Source: Eukaryota sp. GEM-RC1
Lineage: Eukaryota
Length of the DNA stretch: 64,000 bases
NCBI GenBank assembly: GCA_040285855.1
Contig: JAUFOQ010000004.1
Span: forward strand, 2,480,001-2,544,000
Direction of reading: 5' to 3'
Position numbers and translations under genes: made by a program. A model generated the notes under the pieces. The model had not been told where the DNA came from, ran no database searches, and saw only the letters and a program-made list of their open reading frames with translations. This document shows positions 38,591 to 48,489 of this stretch, piece after piece; positions within the stretch are counted from its first letter, which is position 1, and each line of letters opens with the position of its first letter.

Positions 38591-39679
38591 TCACATTACA
38601 TCAATTGTCACGTGACCAAGTGTACTTCGACCATATATCAGCCAGTTATGATCCATTGAACCTGAACTCGAGACTATTGAACCTCTTCTTCGGTGTGTTG
38701 ATTGTTGATCTGGAATGAAGCGATGTTCGGCCATCGAAACTGATCCCGTGGAACTGTAGAAGTCAAGATACCCAGACCACTCAACATCAATACCTAGATT
38801 CATATTACCAGAAAGAGAATTGAAAGTGTAATTACCATTCAAAAGGTTACCTACAACGATGTTCCCTCTACTTGACCGAAGACTGGAGGTTTGGGCAGCA
38901 ATGGATCTAAAGTCTTGATTACCAGATGACGTCAGCACTGACAAATCAACAGCAACAATGGACTTAATTGAGACGGAACCAGATGATGACGTGATCTTGG
39001 AGGTGATGACGTGGAGGTTTCCCAACTCAATAGAGCCAGAAGACTGAAAGAGATCCAGTGAAGAAAGTTGAAGGCGGTCAGATCTAATGTTGGCACGAGC
39101 GACATCTAAAGAGAGAGAACCCAGTGTTACGGAGGATAGACCTGTAAGATCAATGATCCCATCTCCAGCAGTAATAGACATTTTGAAGAGATCGCGATTC
39201 GAAGGAACACGGATATCGTAAGAGAAGGAGTCACAGACATGGAGTTGTGAGAAGAACGAGGGTTCAGGTTCTTCTATAGTCAAAGTAGAACCCGAAAAGG
39301 AGACGTTGGCGTGAGAATCTTGGGCTGCTTTAGTTGTGGTGATGACGACGATCTCATTTCCAGAGGTAGGGGAGAACCTAACATCGCCATTGTTGATTTT
39401 GATGATGATTGAGTATTGTTGGTCACGTAGGCGAAAGCTTTGAGAAGAATCGATTGGGACCAGGTTCACACAGCTGGAAACCATAAACACGAGCATGGAC
39501 ACAAGTAGCAGTAGAAACACGATACAAATAAGCAAACAGAGAACAAATCGACGTGATGTTTTGGTTTTGTTCTTGCGAGAGGAATCAATAAACTGGATGA
39601 CAGGAAGGTTGTAGAATGGGCTGGGGCTCATTGGTGAAGAATACAGAGGAGACGGTGAATCGAATGCTAAAGAGGTCAT
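38591..39679 (-). CDS. Membrane-anchored beta-helix protein, DUF4097/putative adhesin-like
   Basis: N-terminal TM helix; YDIRVPS; repeated (S/T)SSG.(I/V) units. Confidence 0.7.
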   Translation of the reverse strand: MTSLAFDSPSPLYSSPMSPSPFYNLPVIQFIDSSRKNKTKTSRRFVLCLLICIVFLLLLVSMLVFMVSSCVNLVPIDSSQSFRLRDQQYSIIIKINNGDVRFSPTSGNEIVVITTTKAAQDSHANVSFSGSTLTIEEPEPSFFSQLHVCDSFSYDIRVPSNRDLFKMSITAGDGIIDLTGLSSVTLGSLSLDVARANIRSDRLQLSSLDLFQSSGSIELGNLHVITSKITSSSGSVSIKSIVAVDLSVLTSSGNQDFRSIAAQTSSLRSSRGNIVVGNLLNGNYTFNSLSGNMNLGIDVEWSGYLDFYSSTGSVSMAEHRFIPDQQSTHRRRGSIVSSSGSMDHNWLIYGRSTLGHVTIDVM

Positions 39680-40425
39680 TGGATCTAAATATAGTTAGAA
39701 GAAATCGAGTTGGATTCCATTTTGGTAAGACCAATATCAAAAGCAAGAATTCAACAGAATTCACTTTCCGTTCATTGAATGATCTTCAGACTTTATCCTT
39801 AGTTGGATGGGCAAATTCTTGTGGATATTTGACCTCTTTTTCATCAGACTCCATTACTTTCTTCTTCTGGATTTTCTTTTCTAATCATCTTCTACTCCTG
39901 GTGCTGAACAGATGCTACATTTTTCTTACTGTACATTATGTAGTATTTTGTCCGATTTTAACTCATACAGGTGTCTTAGTTTCTTCTCCAAAAAAAGGAA
40001 CTGAGTGGAAGGAACTCAAAGGAAAGTTTGTACTCCAACTAAAATTTGGAGTGGTGTAACAGTTGCTTTTTACTTTTTGAGTACAGTACATATTTGTTTT
40101 CTGTAACAAAAACACTAAGATAAACACAAATGCTAGAACTCAATATCATCAAAGCAACAACCATTGCCATTAAACTCACATCAGCTTTTTCCTCATAAAA
40201 GCTGCTTTTTACTGTCATTATTTCCGTAAGAAAGTTATTTTTTTGGGCCCCAAATAAAGTTCGTAATAATTTGTACTGTCAATGTAGACTAAAACATGGA
40301 TCTCAGTTAAAGAAAGGCTTGAACGCTAGAGTTTCCAGGGGTCAACTGATAACACATGGATAACTCACCTGAACCTAAACGTCTTTGGTTGTAAATTCAA
40401 AGCTGAATTGTTTTGACCCCTTATA

Positions 40426-40480
40426 CAGTGATCTAAACCAGTCACTACAACTTGACATTTGTAAGCTATTAGGTGATGTC
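40426..40480 (+). ncRNA. 55-nt two-hairpin element, stand-alone copy (candidate Fanzor omega-RNA scaffold or element end)
   Basis: 46/55 ungapped identity to 50830-50884; stems AGTGAT/GTCACT and GACATT/GATGTC. Confidence 0.45.
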
Positions 40481-40655
40481 TAAGCAAACCGCCAGTAAAT
40501 CAAACTTACCACAACCACCTCTTACAATTGGTGAAGTTCTTGCTGATTCTCTGTCATCTGAACTGCAACAACTTCTATCTGCTGTAAATTCTGCCTTATC
40601 GTCGTCTGAGCTCCAGGAGTTGAAAAAGGATGTACAAAAACTTGCCAATGCTTAA
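40476..40655 (+). CDS. Small hypothetical helical protein, 59 aa
   Basis: ATGTC start, MSKQTASK...LKKDVQKLANA*; no recognised motif. Confidence 0.35.
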   Translation: MSKQTASKSNLPQPPLTIGEVLADSLSSELQQLLSAVNSALSSSELQELKKDVQKLANA

Positions 40656-41051
40656 TCTTACTTCCTTTTTTGTCTAATCAACTCCCGTTGCCTCAACGTT
40701 TCTTCCAACTCTTGCATTTGGACTCCATCTCCCTTCCTTTCCCTTTTTTATGTCACTGTATCATAAACTTTCTAATTCAATTCAATTGTTTTAGTGGAAA
40801 CCTTTTAAGGTTTCTTCAAAACTACAAATATTATAACTTCTTCCCAGCCAAATTCGGGATGTATACAGCTCGCAAATATATTATTAGAACAATGCACTTT
40901 AGTTTTCAACCACAATAGTTAATAGTGTAGTTGCCAACGAATATAGCTGTGACATCTATTACCTGCGGTAAAATTCAATAGGCCATAATCCACTAACATC
41001 TATTAAATAGAGACTTGTGTTAGTTGGATTCTACTGCAGTTCTTCAAACTA

Positions 41052-41769
41052 ATGTCGGATCTCCTCACATCCTTAACTTCTCAGTTGTCTTCTTTGGAGG
41101 CTTTGACATCCAATAGTAAGAAAAGGAGCGATGCCTTTCTCAAAAACTATCGATCTTCCATCCCAAAACGACCTGTACAACATCTTTCTGAGTTAACTCC
41201 TATTGAATCGCCTTCTATCGATACTCCAGTGAAATCCAATAGTAATGTTCCTGTATCCAGTTCCACACCCTCCTTTTCTCCTCTGACGTCAACATCATTC
41301 TTCAAATCACAACCTCCTGCATCTCCTTCATTCCACGATTATGGGTCAACTCAGCTTTCTGATGTGAGTCCTGAACCTATGCCTGAACCTTCTCCTCAAC
41401 CTGTACCTTCTGCAATTCAGTCTCATTCCATGTTCTCCTCTCAAGATCTCTCTACTCTTACACCTCCCCCCTCCTTCTTCCTGGAGTGAAGAGGAGCCCG
41501 CACCAGAAAAGGATATAATGTTTGAGGTGGAGAACTTTTCCCAAAAACCACCTGGTTACTGCTCGTTGTGTTACTCTGTTCCGGAACGAGTTGACATCAT
41601 CACTTTTCTCTACAAACTCAAGAAAACCCATCTTTCTGAGAAGCAATGTCTGCGTGCCATTTCTGCCGCTCTTAGTGATAACAAGATACTTATTCTGTGG
41701 CGAAGTAAAGAACTTCGAGATGATCTTTCGATGTTTGTTAAAGTATTGCTTTCCTTGGTTGGGAATTAG
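41052..41769 (+). CDS. Hypothetical protein, Ser/Pro-rich middle, C-terminal CxxC (frameshift at about 41465)
   Basis: ORFs 41052..41489 and 41518..41769 join across a C-run. Confidence 0.5.
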
Positions 41770-41941
41770 TTCTTTGTTTAGTTATTATTGTTCTATGTTG
41801 TTCTTTTTGTATTTTGTTGTAATTTAACCTTTTGAAAAAAAGACAGAAGTTCTGCTTTTGGAAACATCATTTTGAGTTGTTTCAGACTGCTTAACTGCAA
41901 TGTAAAAATATTTTTTCATAATTTTCAATTTTTATTGTGAT

Positions 41942-43121
41942 CTACATTGCAAACACAGATGTCAGAGTACCGCCTAAAGCTACTCCCAAAACTGTTTCGT
42001 AATTAGCTCCTTTGCTCATTTGAGTCAACATATGGCCACTATCTCCAGCAGCAAACTCAGAACCAAATCCAGCAAGCAAAGCTCCAATAAAATCATTTCT
42101 GAAACTTCCAATGTCACAACTTTCAGCAACCGGGGTGAACTTCTTGGCGAGGAAACTAGATCCAAAGACAGAAGCCAAGAACAAGAATTGCCAATGATTA
42201 TTGACAGAGAATTGAGGTGTGGTGATTCCTACAGGAAGTTTGGGAATCATAGAGAGGATGTATTGCCCAGTTACGGTATAAGGAATGTGTAGAGAAATTC
42301 CAGTAAGAACTGATGGTACCAACAAGAGATTGATTAATCCGTAGGCTAATCCAGATAGGAAAGGATGATGGATCATTGAGTGGAGAGAAAAGGTGTGATA
42401 ACCGCTATAAAGATTCCATTTAAGGAGGAAGTAACTTGCAGCAATTGCAAGAGAGGAAAACAAGGCAGCATTTAATAGGAGGAAAACTGAAGCGTTCATT
42501 TTCAATTGTTTGTCCATGAATGGATTGGCTCGCTGCTTCTCTGATCTGAAGGATGTAAGGAAGCGGAGGAATGGCTTGGAGACTTGAGCAAGCATGTTAC
42601 CCGCCAGATATCCCTAGAGTTAACGATATGAGAAAAACATACTACAAAAGGGTGATATGATGTACATCCGACTGCTAACTGAGTCATCAGGGATCCTATA
42701 GTTAGAAGCAGTTAATGTGAGTCAAACCTGGGCTGTTTCCTGCCAAAGCGACACCAGAACCAACAAACAAGGAACCTAAAAATGAAGCAAATCGACCTGT
42801 GTTAGTAGTAAACATTGGAGCTCTGACTTTGTTGAACAAGGTAGGACTGATCATTGAAATTATCATGTACACCAAGGAACCAGAGGCGATGGCTGCCAGA
42901 GAAAATACAAGCAGGGTCCAATCGGTATGCTTGGGATCAACCCATGTTAAGAACTGGTCTCTTAGTACCTGGGGAAGATATAACTGTGACTTGAGCATGA
43001 TGAATGCATACAGCATTCCAGCTAGAGGTACTGCGAAGAGAGCCTTCTTCCATGAGGCTGAGGGCCCAGACATAATAGGTGCTGGTTGGTTTACCTGATG
43101 AACTTGAACTGGAGAGGACAT
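41942..43121 (-). CDS. YeeE/YedE (TsuA-like, sulfur transport) membrane protein; introns 42696-42727 and 42614-42642
   Basis: Removing both introns gives a continuous ORF; repeats GSLFVGSGVALAGNSPG and GALLAGFGSEFAAGDSGH correspond to the two YeeE GxC-type motifs. Confidence 0.7.
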
Positions 43122-43243
43122 ATAGAGTTAGATCAATCCTACTATACATACAATGAATTGGCAAGATGAGAAGACTATTCGTTTGTCAGAAATCAGAAAA
43201 GCTGTAGACTATCTACAGTAGTGATGTCCTTTGTCATTAACAA

Positions 43244-44089
43244 ATGATTGACATTTCTTTTCTTAGTGGCATCTCAATGAACTGTTTCTTTGTTTTTGGA
43301 CTAGGAACTTTTGGAGGGCAACTAACCAAGACTCTACTAGCACAAGGAGCTACTGTTAGAGGTTTTGACAAATCAATGTCAAAAATATCACAACTTCAAC
43401 TTGAATGTGAATGCTTCTCTTCTAGATGCCAGTTTTCCCAACTGGACTTCCGAATGTTTGACTCTGTGGAAGAACAGATTAAACATGATCTACTGATATA
43501 CGAACCATACTTTTTTATTAATTGTTTCGGGGAGGTTCACGATAGTGCTAAATTGTGGCATGTCGAACCTACACAATTCAAGGAATTATTAGACAACAAT
43601 CTAGTTTCTCTATTCAACTTATTCCATGTCGTTGGATCTTACTTGTCTACAAGAAGGTATGTCAAAGAATGGTGGTTGCTCAATTTAGAGGCGGTATTGT
43701 TGTCAGCTTCACTTCAAAAATGGGAAGGCACCCAGCTTCTAACTTAGGTCATTATGTTAGTACGTTGTTCGGAGAGGAAGGTCTATCAAAGAGTTTTGCT
43801 GCTGACCTTGCAGACTTTAACTCACGGTGCTACTTACTTGATACTGGTAGAGTAGAAGGCGATTTGTTATATAGAGCTGGTTTATCATCTGGAGGTCCTT
43901 ACCTTCCCCTGGATGAATGGGGTAGACTGGCAGCTGCTACAATTCAAGCGTTGCCAGATCTTCCAGAAGAAACAAATGGTAAAGATATTGACTTGCAGTC
44001 TGCCACGGTCAAGAAGTATGTTCTATTCATGTATTAACTCCAGGGGAGAACGTCAAATTCTATCAGGAAGACTGCTGGCAACATTATAA
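43244..44089 (+). CDS. Short-chain dehydrogenase/reductase, pterin-aldehyde-reductase-like; introns 43657-43688 and 44016-44043 (3' end uncertain, may extend to about 44180)
   Basis: GLGTFG Rossmann loop, INCFG, KLWHV...F...LDNN, GGIVVSFTS..GR, Y...EGLSKSFA. Confidence 0.7.
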
Positions 44090-44279
44090 ATGTAACATTT
44101 TAAATTGTGCTATCAACATTCTGAACAGTTTCAGCCACAAATCAAGTGTGTTGATGGGTATAAATGATGTTGAATTTTAACTCAACTGACGCTACTTCCA
44201 AGCAAAGAGAGAAGTATTTTGAAGCTGGTTCGAATTTCCCATGAAAACTCAATCCAGCCTTAAACACTTTCTCTGACTC

Positions 44280-44640
44280 AATTACACGATGTAAGAGCAG
44301 AGGTGATTTGATTGGTCCCTGCTTGTCCTCTCAACAAATATTTATGGACTTTACTGTAGTTGATCCTTGTAACTCAACTTCTGTTAACAGAATTGTCGAC
44401 GAAAATTATTAGGCTCTTGAAACTGAAATCAAAAAATTGAATGAATATCTGATAGTGAATTATTTATCAAGCTGAATTCTCATTGACTCAATTCTTATGA
44501 TTTACATCCTTCTGTGTTCTCACTTTGCGCGGAAAGATTGGCGTTTTTGAACAAACATCTCTCTCATCGTTCTACAAATCATGTAAACAGTACGGGAAGA
44601 ATTCGGGAAGGTTGTCATTTTCCCTCTTTAAAGCTTAGGT
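44280..44640 (+). mobile_element. Decayed CRE-like RLE fragment (H-like)
   Basis: SRGDLIGPCLSSQQIFMDFTVVDPCNS; related to 35270-35640. Confidence 0.6.
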
Positions 44641-45277
44641 ATTTCTCATAATAATGATGGTAATCTTTATTTGTATGATTAAATATAAGGCGTGGTTGGA
44701 AAACAAGAATTATCATTTCTTGGAGGATTACCACTTGTAGTAGGGAAGATTGTGTTTGCTATTTTTTCTGTGTTAGATCTGTACATTGTTTCGGATATCA
44801 CATTATAGAATCTTGAATAGACAAACAAAGTAAGAGATTTGGATCAAGGGAAAATAGACAATTATCTGATTGTTTAACACCACACATAGATCTCTGACGT
44901 CACTTCCTTTTCTATAAAATATAAAGTAAAATGACAACTCAGAACCGTCTTTTTGAATGACTTTTTGAACATACAATGTACATTGACTTATTATGGTGCA
45001 ATGATGTATTGATTTCAATTTAGCTAGATCATTTTGTAATTGTATTTTTGTCTGGTCATTATCCGTGGGCCCAAATATCATCCGGTCCAGTTATCCTGCA
45101 AAAACTGGGCCTTTCTTACTTCATAAATTTGTTTAAGAGGTCTTAATTATGGGCAAATGTCTTTCTTGTGATGACGAATCATCAGCCAAGATCAATCAGA
45201 ACATGACCATAATTTAACTTCTTTGGAGCTCTTCACTTCGATTGGTGGTTATAAGACTTTGATTATAAGACTTTGTT

Positions 45278-45345
45278 TTAATTGATAACTGGGACTATTA
45301 TTAATTGATAGCTGGGACTATTATTAATTGATAGCTGGGACTATT
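45278..45345. repeat. Tandem repeat, 23 bp x 3
   Basis: TTAATTGATAGCTGGGACTATTA; adjacent TTATAAGACTTTG x2 at 45249-45275. Confidence 0.9.
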
Positions 45346-45363
45346 TTAACTTGGTTGAGAAAG

Positions 45364-46020
45364 TTTATTCGGCACCCAATAAGGTAAAAACCTTCCTACA
45401 AACTATGAAATTGTAAAAACAAACAAATAATACTAAGATTAAATCCAAACGACTTCATCACCACCCGGTAAAAGATTACGTTTATCAACATTAACCTTCA
45501 CACCAAACTTGTACAATTTCTCAATTAATCTAGAGAAATAGAAAGGCATATTTCGATATATGGAAAACACTATACGGTTTTTCCATTCAGCCATTCTAAA
45601 CTTACGCTTCTTTTATTTACACAAATCTTCGAAATCCTTGAAAAATTGATCACCAGCAGGACTAATAGATCCAAAAAGGGAAACAGCAAAAGGTTGAAAC
45701 ACAAATTTGGAATATGAGTGTCGACTTAATTCTTCAACTTGAGAATCATACTTGGAGTGTTGGAGCTTCTCAGCAGCTGTTAACGGATTAAAAGAAGAAT
45801 CTAATATCCTACTAACACAAGATTTGTTACAAACATCTACATTTACGATTCTAAAGGCAGTTCCCACAATGATTTCAAAAGCTTTGTTATCCCTAAGTGT
45901 GTTTTATGAAGACAAAGCTTCAACAAGGTTCGATTCGAAGGAATCTTGTTTTGATGACATTGAGTATTAGATCATCTTTTTTATTTTCGAATAAATGTAC
46001 TTTTTTCAAAAAAAAAAAAT
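45364..46020. mobile_element. Family C 3' fragment (-) fused back-to-back with a family F tail (+, from 45841)
   Basis: C matches 912-1390; F reads FTILKAVPTMISKALLSLSVFYEDKASTRFDSKESCFDDIEY* + A-run. Confidence 0.8.
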
Positions 46021-46273
46021 AATTGAAAAATTATTTATTTCACTGATTGATTATAAGCCCCGTTGTTTCATTCATTATCCTCAAAGTCCAATTATATGTC
46101 TGTTTGACTATAAATTATGAACAAGCTAATGGATTTGTTGAGCATAGTCATTCCAATAATACTAAACGGTTCTTTATCTGAAGTCAAATCTTAAGACGAA
46201 CGAACACGAAGACGTGAAGTACGTCCTGTGCAACCATATTTCCACATTGAATCATTCGTTTCTGTTTCCGCTT
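45842..46273 (+). repeat. About 430-bp duplication (second copy 61855-62282): family F tail plus about 250 bp of downstream flank
   Basis: Near-identical sequence continuing past the A-run. Confidence 0.9.
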
Positions 46274-46305
46274 GTTATTCCATGTTTAAATCACATGGGC
46301 TTGAC

Positions 46306-46420
46306 TAGAGATGGGAAAATACTCTACTTGAGTAGAGTATTTGAGTAGAGTATATCAAGAACTACTCGAGTAGAACTCATACTCACTTTTCTGAAGTGTG
46401 AGTATATACTCTACTTAACT
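46306..46420 (+). mobile_element. Solo hAT-like terminus
   Basis: TAGAGATGGG followed by ACTCTACTT/GAGTAGAGT repeats; partner end not found. Confidence 0.55.
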
Positions 46421-47272
46421 GAACTTATATGATTAGTCGAAACTATCATGTGAATCGATAGTAGTCTTATACTGAAGCGATAAACAAAAGCGTTTCACTT
46501 AACGTCTAGGTGTTGTTAATAGGTGTTGTTCATTTTTGTTCATTATATTCGAGCTGATCGGTCAATCTGAGTGTGTTCAAGCAATTTTAAGACGCATATT
46601 GATCATCCAAGCTTCATCAGATAGATGTAATCCACACACCTTAGGAATTTGAGATATAAATCCAGAAGGTCCACTAATACAAAGGTCAATTAAAAAGCAG
46701 CGAACTCGGGACTATTAGTATTAGCCAAGACTTTGGAGTTAGTCACCTGAGTTTGTTGTGGCTAACTAAGAACAAACGTGACATTAAGTCCTTTATTAAG
46801 TCCAATCTTCAAAAAAAAGAAGATTCTACTACAACCCCCCGAAATGAGAATTCTGACAACAAGTATTCTTTACCGTAATAATTTACCTTAGTAAATGATA
46901 GTAAATGACCAAGATGAAGATGTATTCTACTACTAGGAATGTTTTATTAAATAAACTGAACTAAAAGAATTTGCAGTTTGTCACATGTGATATTACTACA
47001 TAAATGTATTTCCACCACATTGTCATAGTACTACTACTAGTAATTGGTTGTTTTTGGTCAGTTGTTATTATGATTATTTGTGAACAACAGAAGATTTGAT
47101 CTGAAAATAGGCTAATTTGCATTTGTATTAATACCAAAAGGCACTAAACGAGTCGATTCGTCGTGTTTTGTAGTAGTTTTCACAATTTCTTGACTGAAAG
47201 TGACTTTACAATCAATATGTATATGTACAATAAACAACATTCACAAAAAAAAGACAAAAAATACACTATCAT

Positions 47273-48453
47273 CTACAGAACTATTTCATCCTTGATTAGA
47301 TTTGACTGATCTTGAGAAAAAACAAACACGTCATCAAGCTCATCAAACAGAGAACGGCAATTATCTTCAAGTAGTTCAAATTCAGCTAAAACCTTTTGAG
47401 AGTCAGTGAAACCATGTTCAGCAAGGTGGAAGTTCATAAGTCTATATAAAACACCTGACTTACTTTTTAGGAGGATTCTAACATCAGAAATGAGATCAAA
47501 AATACAATCAAAATCATCATCACCGTCATCAAATAATCGATCTGAATCTTGACAATCAGCAATCAAATCTCTAATATATTCAAGATCTCCAATCAAAACA
47601 GGTAAAGGTCCAAAATCAGAGGGAAATCCAAGCTGTTTAGCAATGGGAAAAAGAACATCAGATTCTTTCTTTGAATGAACGTCTAGAAAGTAGCGTGACA
47701 GGAAAGAAATAAAGACAGCACTATGAACTTTTCGAGATTCTGGACAAGTATCTGCTTCAAACTTCTTCTCAAAGAAAGAAATCACATTGAGAATCAGTTG
47801 ATGGTCGTTCTTCAAGTGAGCAAACACTGGATCAAAGCTAGCAGTACAACTATTTGTGAAGGCATCCCAAGAAAAGTGGTGCTCAACGTTGTCAGGAAGG
47901 AATTTGGCTATCAATGAATATCCGAGGTCTTCGAGGTGGACACTGTCACGTACTTGAGATTCGAAGTCCGAATGGGATTGTTCGAGTTCAAACTCCCCAA
48001 TAAAAATAGCCAGTTTAGGAAAGAGCTGAGTGTCTTCAACATAAGCATGGAATAGTTGGCAACTGAAGTATTGAGTTGCAATCTTCTTGAAACTTGACAA
48101 TGGACCGGAAAGAGCTTGCTCCATTTCCTTACAGAGATCTATGATAAGAGAACGTACGGGATCATACTTCGAAGTTTTGTGTGCTCATTTTTGATGACCA
48201 ACACGCAATCTAAAACATCCTTAAGTTGGAGAGCGTGGTTGTAGATAAACTCCTCTTCAAAGGCATCATGGAAGCCACAAGCGTATTGTGAGAAGAACGT
48301 GACAAAATCTCGGGCTGTGTCGATGTCGAAAGATTCAACTGACGATGACAACAATTTTTGAAAGGAACTGAGAACAAGGGCAACACATTTATGCTGATTT
48401 GACAGATGATGTGCAAGGTCCATGTAGGAGGAAATTTGTGATGTGTGCATCAT
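47273..48453 (-). CDS. Tandem hemerythrin (HHE) domain protein; 29-nt intron at 48139-48167
   Basis: LSNQH...FFSQYACGFHDAFEEEFIY...NEH..LR; second domain LKNDH...HSKKESDVLFP...GFP...GPLPVL; splicing gives in-frame LRNLCKEMEQ. Confidence 0.75.
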
Positions 48454-48489
48454 AATTGGTTCACGTGTGTTTGCACGTGTTTTGTCCCG

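Noticed and set aside
45249..45345. CRISPR-like array
   Set aside because: Units are contiguous with no spacers; a simple minisatellite.
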